Source of the DNA: Choristocarpus tenellus KU-1152
Lineage: Eukaryota > Protista > Phaeophyceae
DNA: 48,880 bases
Direction: 5' to 3'
Assembly: GCA_964200185.2 (NCBI GenBank)
Contig: CAXNAD020000011.1
Coordinates: 1-48,880, forward strand
In this document: positions 27,401-42,400 of the stretch, piece after piece
Layout: each line of letters starts with the position of its first letter
How positions within the stretch are numbered: the first letter of the stretch is position 1
Made by a program: the position numbers and the translations under genes
The notes under the pieces: generated by a model
Told to the model about the DNA's origin: nothing
What the model saw: the letters and a program-made list of their open reading frames with translations, nothing else
The model's database searches: none

Positions 27401-30400
27401 TTGATATGTGATCATTTGATCGACTACCCTATTGATCTACCTGAGGTCTGCTCTTATCCCTTTTTGAAAACATCATCGTGTTTATGTTGTATATGTCAGA
27501 ATTCAAACTTCAAACTAACTTCTATCCTTGTCTGCCAATTTCGTGTTCTATCATAATGATTTGTAGTCCAGGGACATGGACTTAGAGTAAATACCATCAT
27601 AACGCATCGTACTTGTCACAGATTGCAGACCTACACCGTGTTTTTAGAGTTGCTACATGTATACGAATTACAGTTTCGAGATTAGGAATATGCCCGAGCA
27701 AGCAAGCTAAAAAAAAAAAGGTCTAGTACACAAGTACCACATCTTGAGACATGATTATTGTGAAGACAGAATTTGTACTATGTAGCTATTGAAAAAGACC
27801 AGCCCAATCCCTTGGGAGTACCTTCACAGGGTCAGTGATTCCAGTAGATAAGCCTACCACATCGCCACTGACATATCCCATCATTGATGTGTCAAACGCA
27901 AGATTCCCAACATCTAGATCAGCGTTTCCTTCCCTCATCATCCTCTTCAATCCTCTTCCATCAGCCATTCTTCGGTCACCCCTTTCAATTCCACCACTAG
28001 AGCCTTCATTAATGCCAGGATTTCTTCGGCATACCCGGAGTCGATATGGGTTGCATGCAGCCACAATGCGTAAATTTTGGGGCAAAGGTTTCCCAGCCAC
28101 ACTCCTGTCACACACGATCTCCTTGAACAGACCTTGGGATCACACAATGGAACACGGTGTTAAGAATCACATAATCTTGGCACCCACAAAAAGTATTAGC
28201 CCAGATTCAGTTTTCGTTGACAATAATAATCTTTCCAATATCCCTGTGTTTGGGAAAAGTTGAACTCGAACATCTACAGAGCCATAGCCATCATTAAGCA
28301 AAACGATGGGCTCTACTCAAGCAAGCAACGTTCCAATCCCTCGATCCCTCTGATGTACAGATCACTCACTGACACTGCTGCAGGCATTGATCTCATCCAG
28401 GTGGATCACTGTGAAAGCCGTCCTCCCTGCTACTTCTGCTTGACATAACAATGACGCCTGCTCTTCCACCCAGTGCACAATATCGGTATAAGAAAGCCCA
28501 CTATGCACATTGAGCACTCTGAGTGGCCATCCCAAAATGGAGCACATTCGAGATACCAACATGCTCTTTCCACAGCCTGTCTCGCCCATGATCACCACTG
28601 GCATGTTCGCCTGCATACAGTTTGAATTTAGTTAGAAATATCACCAAGGGCTTCCAGAGGAAGGATTCAGATAAACAACTGAAGATGTGATCGCACTCAT
28701 AGAGGACACTTCTAATCATTGAACCCACAATGTGCACATAACTTGGTATCATTTTTGCACCGTCATGTATAGAAGAGTACCAAGGTAATATCATTGGTTG
28801 CCTGTTTGCTCCTACTGAGAGATTTATTTAGCACCATTAAGAATATTCAGAGGTACACAAAAAGCTTCCTGATGCTATCCGTGCCCCCCACATTGCTACA
28901 CCTGCAGTCTCAGGGTAATGCTAAGCATCTTTAGCAGGTTGTCCATTGTGAAGACATAACCATCCCCCAACACATCGTTCGAGGTAGGTGGAGTTGACGA
29001 TTTACTCTCAAATCCTCCAAGCACTCCTCCCACGCTCTGAAGCAGTTCCACCGCTGCAACGTCGAGAAAGGGAGACAGAACAAATTACATTCGATGGCGC
29101 AAGGGGAGGTTAGAGCATGCGTATACTGCAATACACTATAAAATAGGCAATAATATGCAAAAAAGAAATATAGGGTACTCTGGTCCATGCATAGGAGAAC
29201 CTGATCTACCGATGGTTCTTTGATCTTACAGTGTGCGCTCATTTTCCTTTTGACACTAATTGAAATATCAGACTAGCGATGATGGAGAAAAACTGACCTT
29301 CGGTTCTCGTAATCGAGTCCCAATTTCTTGTTAAATCAATACCGTTGATCTGCAGAGTACCTTTTAGGGGTTCCTGAATGTAGTCATCTGCCAATCTTTG
29401 GAGAAAGAAACCAAACGTTTGTGTAAGTGAATAGGGACTGTGGTTGTTGCTTTTCAGATAAATTACTCCAACCATTCTTGCGACGCACAGAACGATATAA
29501 TGAATGTATTCAGCGGACTGGCATTACCCGCAAATGAATGCATGAGCACACGATAAACGCTTCTTCAATTAGCCGTAAGATGATACTAAGTAATGGTATC
29601 CGAAAAAGAAAATTCAATATTGGGTTGAAGTCATTTGTGGGATTAGAGGAATTTCGTTTATAAACCTTCCATGTGTGACCCCCGTAGGAATACAGTATCC
29701 GTTTTGCATGTTTTCTAAATCTCGTGCTCTGGGATAACGTTTCCGAGAGTTGCTTCTACTCGGGATGGACGTTCAGGCTTATCCCAAGAACTAGCGGTGG
29801 CCATGCCAAGGAAAAGCCACAGCAGAGAATGTGCAAATAGGAATAGTTTGTTGAGCGCAAGGGTTCCTAGTATGTAACATATCATGTGGGTGCATAGGCG
29901 GGGTCAATTTGTATGGATCTGTGGCGTGATGGGACGCACCCTGCTGAAGAAGAGGAGAGAAGAACAGTGCATAGGGAAGGGACAAAGGGGTATTGAAATC
30001 AGGGGTACAGTGTGTGACGCTTGAGTGAGAACAATAGAGCAGGACAGACTTCATCTTGTGAAACTAAAGGGGAGGTATATAGAGATGTGCAGTTAATTTT
30101 GCATCCATGTATACTGAATATTATGGGTAAATCGTTTGTAGGGTGAAGAACAGGGCAAAGTAGAATTGGGGAACGGACAGGGTGGTGGACAGTTTGGCCC
30201 GTAGCCCTTGATTCTTGGGTGAGGAAATAGTAACCAAGAGTGTAACAAACCTTGGATGCTGATTAAGACTCAATATGTCCACCCCTGACACCATTCCAAA
30301 TTGACCAGAAGTGGTGTCCGACTTGAATATCACGATGGGATGATCGGACTTCTCCCACCCAATCATTGCCTGGAAACGCGTGGCCAGGCGAAGTGACTCT

Positions 30401-33400
30401 CCCATAATGGTGGATCCATTATCCACTGGATTCCCTTCCCTCTCATTAGCCTTGTTGAGGTTAGCGGAACGATCAAGTCCAGTGTATTGCGCGGAAAAAG
30501 GTAGGGAATGAGTTGCTAAGGTAGGTAGTGAGGGTAGGAACAGTTAGGAGAGGAGAGGGGAGAGTTTGGGGAATGGGATGAGGAAAAGAAGAGATTCTTG
30601 GGAAGATCTGCAGATGTAGATGAAAGATGTATTGTGGCAAGGGAAATGTGAGAATGTAGCTCAGTCGTGTTACCTTTAATCGAGGCACAGCTAAGATATT
30701 GCCAAAGGTGCTACACCTACACAGCAATTTTTATCATTAACGAATTCCACATGAATTTAGGGCACACACCATATTCTGTTCCCACGTCAATAAAGTGGTA
30801 AGTCTAGGATGTGTAGTTAAAACAAGACACACTAACGTTATCTTCCAAAATTACCATTGCACAACACCTTTGTTGTTAAATAGTGCATATATGATCAAAA
30901 GTAACGCACACAATGATAGTGATGTTCTAAACCTGGAACGGTTGGTCATATTCAGCCTATAGCTTCTGTTGTCCATGACAATGTCCAGGTCCTTATCTCT
31001 GACATGTGTTACTTGGGACCAGTTGCCCAATATCACTTACGCTTATTTTCGTTCTAATAATAGTTGTCTAGCACGAACCTTGAGCATTTGTTCCATTTCT
31101 CGATCAGTCGTATTAAGCAGCCCACCAACAGGTATAATGTTATCACACCTCACATTTTCCAGTTCTTGAAAAGCAAAAAGTTCAATCTACTTTGGCATTT
31201 TGTCCGTGGTCCAAGAAAGACTCGAGCACATTGCTCTATACTTTCAATTGTCCAGTAAATATTATTTCTCGTTTTCTTCAGAGCATGGACTGTTGTGACT
31301 ATCTGCCCTAAAACATACGTTTTCAGGATATTACTAAGGAATATTTACTGTCTACCCCATCTGTTGCTCAGCTGGTGCTTGAGTTAAATAAATTCGTATT
31401 GTCAATTGTCTAGATGGCGCTCTTTGCCATTTTCTCTATAGCGCCTACTGTTTGGACCAAGCTTTGATGTCTAAAACGCTAATGGAGAACATAGTGCTAT
31501 TTGAGGATTACCTTTTCTGACGTTTGAAATAATGCTACTTAAGCATTGCTCAGAGAATAGTGCTACTGCACATTAAGAATCAATTCAGGGACACAAGCAG
31601 ATTGACCTTCCCAATCCGCCTATTAATAACAATAGTATGTACTTTCGACACATGTGGTAAATGTCTCAACCCTTATCCAACGACCAACATATCACAGTCT
31701 CCTCAACAAATCCAAATCCTGGCCCCCACCTGGGTATGCCGTCTTTCTAGAGGTGACCCTCTCGCATTACCAAGAGTGTTGACCATGACTGAACGGACCT
31801 GTGGAACTGATCGCAAGGCAAAATCCTTGCAACACTCAATAAGCAGGTGCAAAAAAACATCCCTGTAACAGCGTAGAACATTTTGAAATTTTGTCAGAGT
31901 ACCTGTGTGATGCTAGGTGCAGAGTGTCAACATAGAAATATTGAGAAGCAATAAGTTTTAGGTAACAGATTTTCCTGACATCATGGACGAATTGTGAAAC
32001 TAGTCCGCAACCTCTATCGGTGTTGCTACTAGAGGCAAAGGTTTCAAAAGGAACCCAACATAGATAAAGCCAGAGTTGAGGAAGATTTCTACACCAGAAA
32101 TGGAAATAGAGTTGGCAAAGCTCAAGGATAATATATTGTAAGCTCCTCCTATGCTGAGTAACATTGCTTCAGGTAAAAATCGGAACTTATGCGTTTGGGG
32201 TAGGGTCAAGATCGAGGTCAGACCAAGGTGCAGAGACTCTAGTCTAATATTGGCAGTTGAAGCATCGCCCAATATCCAAAACAAATATTTTGCCCTAGTG
32301 ATAGCACCTTTACTTCAAACCAAACTTTAACATCTCTCCCTACGGTCCTATCAATTGAAATTTCTTGTTTAAAAAAAAGGTTGTAGGCTGGATATTTCTT
32401 AAATACTAAACTAACCCCTTTCTACTCCTATATAGACCCGTGCTTTGTTTAACTAGCACACCAGCGCATACTCGACACTTGTCCCATGCCACTCCCTACC
32501 TCTTCCTCTTAAACATACCTGAATGTTTCTAGTCCATGCTCATCATACTTCCCCGACATTGCAACCGCTGGGCCAAGGAGAGGGTACATCTCCACCCTGG
32601 TCAGTAGGTGCGAGGTGAGCCTGATAAATCTGTTGAAGAGATTCCATGTAGGAGTTTCTGAGGGACCACCCTCCAGGCAACAACACCTTCGAAGCAGCTC
32701 AAAGCACTCCTCTCGTGGTACCTCATCATGAATTCGCCCTGAAGGAGAGTAGGGTATTTGAAAGAGTAGGACTTAATGTGATTGTAGGGAAACGTTAGTA
32801 GAGAGATGAGGCAGAGAGAAGACTACAGTCAAGACTAACGTTTAGCAACCTGGCAGAGAGCTCTGGTGGTGCACACAAATGAAACTGATACATACTTGGG
32901 CCTGACATAGAACGGAAAATGTATCACACTTTGCTTTGTTTACCCTAAGCATCAGGAACAGTACAAACAGCTTTTGGACGGTTGCTGCTGGGGTGAGGTT
33001 GGGGCTTGTGCACTCACTACAATTAATGCAATAGAAAAAGGCAGCAACAATGGCATCACAGAGAAGCACATTGATGGCACATTCTGTGGGCTAGGGGAAT
33101 TAGGACGCAACCACTGGTTTTAGGAGTAATCCAAGTGTAGATATGTTTATCACTAACTGAACTAAAAGGCAGTGGTTATGCCTTCTCCCACTACATAGTT
33201 ACAACAAGCACCATACCGTACAGAAGTAAGTGTGGCTTCAACTCTTCACCTTCGTCATCAGCATCCTTACCACCCGGATCAGGTCCCGTGCTATCTGGTA
33301 AGAGGTAGCCACGTTCAACAGCCCTGCATCAAAAGCGAAATGTATGTGCATGACAAAGCAGATTGTCCAGTCAACACGTAACACATTATCGGGTGATTCA

Positions 33401-36400
33401 AATAGAAATTAGTAAAGAGCTAGGAATTTGGTAATGTATATAAAGGTCAGGGTAGGTGCTGTTGTGCGTATTGTGAAGGTTTATGTGGCAAAGTTGATAG
33501 TTGTTAGGATAAGGGGATGTTTGGATCTACAGCAGGGGGTGAAACGGATGGAAGGTATCAGACAGCATCCGATCACCAAATTTCCCCTACTCAGCCCATC
33601 AAGTGTGGGGATAGTATTGGAGACAGTAGCAGTATCCTCATCAGCATCCGTAAAACTCAAAAATTCGTTCATTCAGGAATTGGTCAAATTGAAAATAATA
33701 TGGATGAAGGAGATTCGACGTGCCATTAGAAGTCAGAGGGCACTATGATACACAATAACTCCCGATAGCACACACAGTCATTTAGACACCCGTCGAGTAC
33801 AAACAACCAATCCTTATGTCACTTCCATGGAGTGTAGGAAAGGATGGAGAGCGAAACTCCTAGATTTAACCCCCTCACTGTACCCTCGAGCAATAATCTT
33901 CTTTTCTTTATAATCAAACCTGTGTCGAGTAACTGCTCCATTCTAACGTAACAATCTGGCTACATCGACATATCTATCCCATTCAGTTCCCCACCAGAAC
34001 TAGTATCCCAATCTGCATAAATATATTCATAGAGCTGTTGTCTACAACAGGTTTCTGAGCTTGTGTCACTCTATTCAAGGCTGTGGTCCCATACTCTATA
34101 TATCAAAATACATGGCCTTGACCTTCCTACAAATCGTTTTGCCTCGGAAACCATCTGAACAGGTAAACTTTCCAGCGAATTAGGTTTTTCTCATCTTATA
34201 ATAAAACTATGTGTGGGGTATCAATGCGAAGACCTAAATACATGGTGCCTAGACTCAGGTCGCGTCTGAAGTCAAAATCTGCACAGTAGTTTTAAACACC
34301 CTCCTGTTACCTCAGACTTTCTTTATACCATACAAGTTCACACATCACTACGATCGCAGTGAATGATTCGCAGACACAGTGGATATAGGATCACCTGACC
34401 CATCGGCAGGTGCGTTGCATGTCCTTGTCCTGAATCATCGACACCCTCCAGCCCCGCATGATCGGGGTTTTGAGATCAAGGTTATTGGGTAGCACCTGCA
34501 CGTCTCGCAAACAAGCCAAAGGACAAGGATACCAAAGGGGAGATGTGTATTTCAGAAATCCCTTCGCCTGAAGTAGATTGTGAACTAGGAAAAGACAGAG
34601 GTATTAATACCATACTGACGTCTCCATTACCAATGAGTAAGAAGAAATAAGAAATAGGAAGTACAGGTACTTAGGGATGCAGTTTCACTGAGTTCTCGAT
34701 ATGTCAGTGGCAAATAGAGAATTGTAGAAGTTCGAACAAGGAAGAAGAAACGACTTGTAAGTTTTCGGACAAGATCCAAGGGGTTTTAACAATGAACTGC
34801 CCCTTTCTCAAGATTCCATTGTGACTCATGATAGTACTATATTCCAGATTGAGAAAGGAACTGAAGTGTACCCACTGGAATGTAATGCTCACGATAGCCT
34901 CACCATAACCAGGACACCAAATAGAACGCAAGGCATTTTTTGAGCAACTTGCACTCAACAAAGTTGTATCCCACATGGATAAAGACAACAAACTAGGTGT
35001 TCATGCAATTCTTCGTGTGAGGATCTCTGTCATCTGAACTACATTCAAATTGAATAGGGCAGGAAAGTAGGAAGACAGAAAAAAGGATGCGTACTCACCT
35101 GAAGCATGGTGCATGGGAGCAAGCTGCACATGTGCAAAGTACGAGCTGCACGATCTTCATCTGAGTTGGGAATTTCTACATAGAAACTATCTCCTTTCCA
35201 GCGAACAAATACCTCACAGGTCACTGGGTCCCTGGAGGAAGAATTGAAGTTATCAAGGTTAGTCCTGGAGCACAAGCAAGCGTCTAATGAAGGGAAAGAG
35301 ATTTACGTCCAAAATAAGGGGATAGGACCAGGAAGTTAGAAAATACACGTTGAGGATAAGGATGGTTGGATTTCTCATAGGATGCTACCAAGACAAACTG
35401 CATACACTATTCCTTGATATATAAACGAGTGAAATTATCTTGGAGGGTACAAGGTTTGCCCTGTTTGTCTATTTGGGGCTTGGCTTCCCATGGGTTACTT
35501 TATTACATTTTCCTACTTCAAAAATGTTTCGGAGTAGGTAAAACGTATACGTTACGAAAAGGTTTGTCAGAAACATAGATATTGACACTTCCTAACAAAC
35601 ACGATAGCCAAAATTACATCAAAATCACAACATTGGATTTCGACCCCCAAGTGGACACGGCTCTACCCTCTAAGATATTTCGGCTCAATGAGAATGTTCA
35701 ATAATCTCCACTCTAAATGTATAGGAGGGAAACACCATGACTTGCTATCAATTTTCCACATCAAGGATACATCTACCACATATCCCTACGACATATTTGT
35801 TGGTAGAGGACGTAGCACCTTCAATAAGATACAATAAGAACCCAGTAGCACAGTTCTAATAATTTTGTTTGGAATTTTGGGCTAGTCCTTCCATTTCACC
35901 TACTTTGAAGTATTTTTTAATATATTCCCAACCAGCTCTTGTCATATTTTCGAAATGGCCAAGAAAGGTGCTCCCCAAAGAAACCAAGGTCATTGGCTGG
36001 AAATTGTTCCACACACTTCTAAAATATGTGGACCTTGTTAGTTGTGGGTTCACAGGAGAAACCCTGACATGCAAACAAGCTACTGTTGAGGAAAGGAGCC
36101 AAACCTAGGACTAGGTGTGAAGTTGAAGTGCTCCATTAGTGGGGTGGGATAAGAAGTGAAGGCAACATGTTCATGTCATTTTATTTTACCGGGAAATGGG
36201 CAAAACAGACAACTACTCCATGCTCATAATGATTATATAATAGGATAAATTCGGTGTCATTCTCCAGTCTCCTTCGGTACAAGTATCATAGAGGGAGTAT
36301 GGTCGAAACATGGCCGTGTGTAGGGGAGTCTTCGTTTTTCCTTGTTCGATCACTTCTACATCCCTCTACTCCCAATCTATGATGATACCTCATTTTAGAG

Positions 36401-39400
36401 GATCTCACCTCCTGTAGTCAAACTAACCAAACAGAACATGCATGCATTTTCTGGATTGAAATTGGGGACCAAATAGAAGGTTAAAATATCTATGACTAAA
36501 CATTCAAAGTATGACTACGCCCTGCTATTTCCAACCTGACATAGCCCCCAAGGAAAAGCTGGAAGAGGATGGTGTTGCAGTCTCTAGGAGGTACATGTCC
36601 CAAGTCCAAGTGGAAGGCGATATTACCTCTGCCCAAATTATGGGCGTAAGTGGCCAGATCATCATCCTGCCCATGTAATTTCCCACACCCTTGTGAGCTG
36701 TCTTTTAATCCTTGAATCATTGTACGTTTGATCGTAACTCTTCGACATAGGTCTTCTCTGGTAAAGTCTGCCCCCAATGGGACTCGAACATAGAGAGGTT
36801 CCAGTGTGTCATCACTGTTGTTCAATACTCTGGAGGCGTCCTTAACCTTGCTATCCTCATTCCATCCCAATCCTTGCTCGTCAATCTCCCCTGCCACGCC
36901 ATCCTTTCCTTGCTGTAGCCTTTTCCCCTGCTGCATTCGCTGTTGCTGCTTTGCGATCTGCAATCATGGAGTCATTCGTTGATCATGCAAAAACAGGAAG
37001 ACTTGGCATCGAATTTATTTGTGCACATAAATTAGCGTCATCGACTTATCAGACTACGCTGGATGGTCCAAGGATTATAAATTGAAACTGATAATTTTTG
37101 TTGATGGGGTGTCATAGGGTTAAAGCTAGTTTCGCTAAGGAAGTAATAAAGTATCATCTAATACTGCAACAATAAGAACGTCAACCAAACCCCCCTTGCT
37201 TCAGGACCAAACCCTATGTTTTGTATTTCTTGAAGAGAAACAGTGTCCAACGACCCCAGTCCCTAACACTCTGCAGTTTGCATTGTAGACTACGATCAGG
37301 TACTGGCTCCTTACAACACACTCAATAAATGCTGAACGGTCAAAACAGCTTTATCGTTAAATTCACTTCTCGGCAGTATAAATATCTTGAACATTGTTGG
37401 TTGTTGGTAAGGACTTCAATTTCTATTCCAAATTTACAAAGAAAAACTCACCCACAATACGAAACAAATAGCGATAACAACACCTTTAAAGCCACGTTAT
37501 ATTATCCATTGGGGGTGTTTACTCGTCGTATCAATACTATTTTATTATATTTTAATGCGATAAAGCAACAACCAGACAAAATTATGAGAGTAAGTTAATG
37601 CTAATAATAGTCCATAGAAACGAGCAAATTGCAAAACACCAGTTCGAATAATTTAATGTTTTTCCTGTTTGGGATTAAGTGCTTTTGAGATCGTTGGAGT
37701 TGAAGTTGTTCAGTAGAAGAGACCATATCTGTGGATTCTTTTCTCTTTATAAATTCTTCATTTTTTTGTCATAGCAGCGAAATAAAATTCTACCAACTTG
37801 TTTATTTATCATACATTGGATCTTAGCAATCTCGAAATAATCGCAGAACTTGCCAACAGCAGAAATTTTGTACCAAAAAGGTCGGGTGCTTCTCTCACCA
37901 TCTTCATAATATGATGTGTCTTTCCACCTCCGTTAACCTCGCTCCTCACAGCCATGGTGGGTCCTATGGTGAAGCGTTCGGAGGTTGGAGGTCAAGTTGC
38001 CGATCAGCCTCAGCAACGAAGATCTAAAGAGGGACGTTCTATAGGTGGCAAAGGCGATACATTAATACTAGAATATCCTCAAGGTATGGGGTGACTGACA
38101 GAGTGTCGAGCGAGCACGTTTAGGCTATACATAAAATAACGAAACTTTGTATCCTACATGAAATATAAAACCTGTGACAAACGGCGATATATGCATGAAT
38201 AGATCTATCTTTACCCTCCTGCCGTTACTATATCATTTAACCAATCCTAGCAACTGAGGAAATTCAATTTCGAACAGAGTTATGACAAAATAATATTGTA
38301 GCTCTCACGGTCACCTTCAAAATGTGTTTCAAGGGCTGAAGCCACGGTCTCTTTAAGAACTTCTGATGCCAAGGGGGGTAGGTCCACCACATGGTCGCTA
38401 AGCCAGCTCAGGAGCGCCTGCTTAGGCTCTCCTGACACGATGAGAAGAACTCCTTGAGGCCCTGCTCCTCCGCTATTCAGGAATGTGTGAACACTATTGT
38501 GGGTGGTACAACCTGAACCATTTGTCGTACCTGTGAAATGATGGGTGAAGTTTCCAGCCCCGTCATAACCTGTGTCTTCATGGCGCTGACTGTATTTTAA
38601 TACCTTTGACCTCAGATGCATCATGAGGGTTGCCTGCCTAGTGAAGGACAGTCGGTGAATATCCGCAATTGTAAAAACTGGTATGGTGCTCTCTACAGTC
38701 AAGGCCTCCTCCTCATCATGATGATTTTTCTGTTCTTGAATGCGTGTCCCTGAGACCTTTTCCTCTGCCTTCCCATCCTCAGCCTTTCCTCCTCTCTCAG
38801 ACATTTTAAGTACACCATTGAGTGATCTAGCCGCCACAAAACGTCTCACTAGGAGTTCCACCTCCTCCTCTGTTGTCTCATTGGTACAAAAGAGTACCTC
38901 CCCAGGCTGCGGTAACCGGCCTCTTCTGACGTATGCTGATAGAACTGTGGGAATAACTCCCTCCGCACTCTCAGCACACGTTGCAAACAGGCATTGCCTC
39001 CCCCCTGTTACTGTTTCTGCCTTCACGAATGGTTCAGGCTCGCCAGTCTCAGATGAATGCCTACCTACCCCATCACTATCACTAGCTCCACCTGACCTAG
39101 TGTCGACTGAAGCCACGAGGATATCAGCTCTGTTAGCAAGCCTCTGACCAGGTAGTGAAACACGCCGCATACCAATTCCACATCCTACCCTATCCTCTGC
39201 TGCGACAGAATCCGTCAGGGATGATCCCAGGCTGTCGAGCATGTCTTGCCCAGTCCCTAGCTTCTCTTCCCACTTCTCAAGAAGTTGAATGGCCATCTCA
39301 GGGCGCACATTGCTTGAGAGTAGGTGTAGTGTAGCGTGGACCTTTGCAATGACTTCACATTTCTCCGTCCTAGAGTATTGTGTGGGTCGCCCCCCCCCCT

Positions 39401-42400
39401 TGTCTTTAAGGATACTACCCATAGATATACTGTTGGGACTGTGGAAGGAGGTGGAAGATCGCCAAGAGTGTAGGACAAGGAGCTTGTGCAAATGCAGAAT
39501 ATCCTGCATAGTGAAAAAATTTAGGAGGTGCCACCTGCGCGAAAAATTGGTTAGGGGGAGGGGTTGCTTGTGATACACATGAAGAATAATTAACAGTTTG
39601 GCAACCAACAAGATCAAAATGGTCTCTCTTGCAATGAACAAAGAGCAGTCGAATCCCAATACTATAGACATTTTTGATTCGAGAACTACACCAAAATAAT
39701 TATAAACAATTTTACCATTTCCCCCCCTACAAATTGTGCTCTTGTTGGGTAACTTTGAGCGAGAGGTGTTGGCGACACATCCTTTCCAATTTTTCGGGGG
39801 CTGTCACGTAGTAGTACACTCGGCATTCCTTTGGAATATCATATTTATTGAAGTATTGTGCTTCTTGCGCTCTGTGATGGGCTAACTGGGTTGTGATGGA
39901 TGGAAGGAAATCTCATACCCTATGTAGTGTTAAGGGGGTGTTTAGCTGTGTATGCCTCTCTTGGAAATGGTGCATACTGCAAACGTGTTGTTTATGTTTC
40001 AACTTTGCTAACTTGCTCTTTAAACTTAACAAGAGACTTGCAATTTTCTCTAATAGTCAACGTTCTACCCTTCTTGAGCCAGACCTGTCCCTTGCTGCCC
40101 CTACCAAGGCTGCCCAGCTCTGCTCCTCATTCTGCAAGCTCTGCAAGACACAACTGAGATGTTCTTCTCCACCGAGCTCAAATCTTTGCCTGGACTCCCA
40201 ATAGGATAAGAGCACATTCCACAGCCACATATTTCCGGGAGGGGTTGCAGGCACGAATTATACAAATAGCACATGATTTGAACCGAAAAAGCGCAGTATG
40301 TATGTTATGCACTGCAGGATAAGATGGTACAGAGCCAACAATAGAGGTGAAATGTACAAAAGGCACAAACTTAGTGTTCAAACAAACAAATACACTGGTG
40401 GGGTCTTTGGGAGAACAGAATAGTGGATGGCAGTAGGGCTGAGAGGCAGGTCTTTGCCGAGAATGGAGGTGTGAGAGGAATACAGAATAATAAGATTATG
40501 CACTCCGGCCTATTTCAATATTTTGATCACCATAATCACCCTATTGCCATTGCTACCCTTTGCAGATCTCTGTACTTCGAAAAAAAAAATGGAATGAATT
40601 GTTCTTGATATATAAATTCTCAAGTGCAACAAATGTCACACCTCTTCTGGTATCCTCATATTGTGCTATTAGCCTGTTCACATTTTAATTTTTTTTTTTC
40701 ATTCGTTTTTGAAAAATATATATTATTATGTGGTTGTGTTGCGCAAGGCTACGTTAAAAAAACCCCGCAATTTTCGCACCTCATTTCCCAACCTTCCTGG
40801 TAATGGGGATGTCCAGCCTCATGCAGCCTCTCCAAAATACCTACCATGTCTGACAGTACCTGTTTATATCACCAAGGTCATGCACACAGATGCGAGGACA
40901 GCATGCTACGTCGACATTAACATTATACCGAGTACAACCTTGGGGAATTTGTAGTGGAATTTGTTGAAGTTGGGAGTACTTGGAGTATGGACTGAGTTGG
41001 AAGGCAACATTATGACAACCTTTGGTTTTAGAACTCCACATCACAATACCTGCAGTTGCGTTTTGAATGAATCCACTGTAACACGAGCTCCATGCCCATA
41101 ATTTTCAATCCATGTTGTCTCCTGCTCCTCTGGGACTTCCATAATGGACAACCTCGCCCTCAGGCCAAGGAGATGTTGCTCATCCTGCACTACCACAGTA
41201 GCAGTTGTCTCAGATTCCGACCCAACCCCATCACGTATCGTGTTTGATGAGATGTCAGTGGTCACCAATGGCGTGAGGATGTCTACCTCTACAATAAGAG
41301 AGAGTGATCGGTTGCCATTCCGATCAAATGCAGTTTCGCCGTGTGTCGAATGGCATGAACCAGCGCACATTGTACCACGTTTTGAAATCTGGGGCGACCT
41401 AGCATGAAGGACAAATACCCCTCTCTGGAGGATGTCACGCAGGTTATGGAGAGCCTGGATACCTGCAGACACTGTCCGATTCTTGAACAGCTGGTGAGTG
41501 AAGAGACAAAGAAATATGTGGTCGGATTGTCAATGAGGAGGGAAACAAGGGAACACACAACGGTGAGTTTCTGTTCTAAGTGGGGTCAACAACCGTTTTT
41601 TTCCCAAGTTGTTCACGAATCCTCCACATTAATTCCCAAACAATACTAAAATAAAAGGCCTTTACACTTAGACATCCATTGCATGTAGTGCTTCAATTAC
41701 TAACTCTTCTTTTGATGAAAGGACAGTGGTACAAGGAAAGTGGACTTTATATCAGGAAGTACGTAATGCTATGGTAGCATGGTAAGGTAGACATCAAGAA
41801 GAGACAGAGGAGTTGTACATATGTTAGGGGGAGTGACTTGGCTATTGGTCAATGTAACAACAATGGAAGAGGAGGATGTATGACGAGGGAGGACGTGGAA
41901 AGGTTGACACTATAAAACACATATGGAGATATGAATTGCAGGGGAGCTATGTTGATTTTATTTGAAGGTGACCAAAGTAAGCGAAACAACTAAATATTGT
42001 CTTTTATATTACAACCTTTCACATATTTGAGCATAGAATAGGATAGAAAAGCAAGAAAGTATCTCCATTACGAGGTCTACAATGGATACAGAGGAAGTAG
42101 ATAATGCTTTGCAGGAGGACAGCAAATGCCAAAGGAATAGATCTGCCCCCAACTAGCCTCATCTTCGTTTTCGCACCCTAGCCATCCTCGTTGAACAAAG
42201 CTCATGCATTTACCTCCTTCAAGTGATCAAATCTAGCCATGGTGTTTTCCATGTGCCAAAGGAAGCTCCCTTCTCTCCCTCTTTCCTTTATACCCTCGTC
42301 TGCCTTGGTTTCATAATGTTCTTCCGGGCCCACATCAACCCTAGAAAAAGCTTCAACCAGGAGATAGAGACTTGCAAATGGACCTTGAACACACACAGAA

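Noticed and set aside
30930-31170. Exon-like open segments in the intron between 31730 and 30450
   Set aside because: Not needed for phase continuity and no conserved motif; cannot be supported without transcripts.
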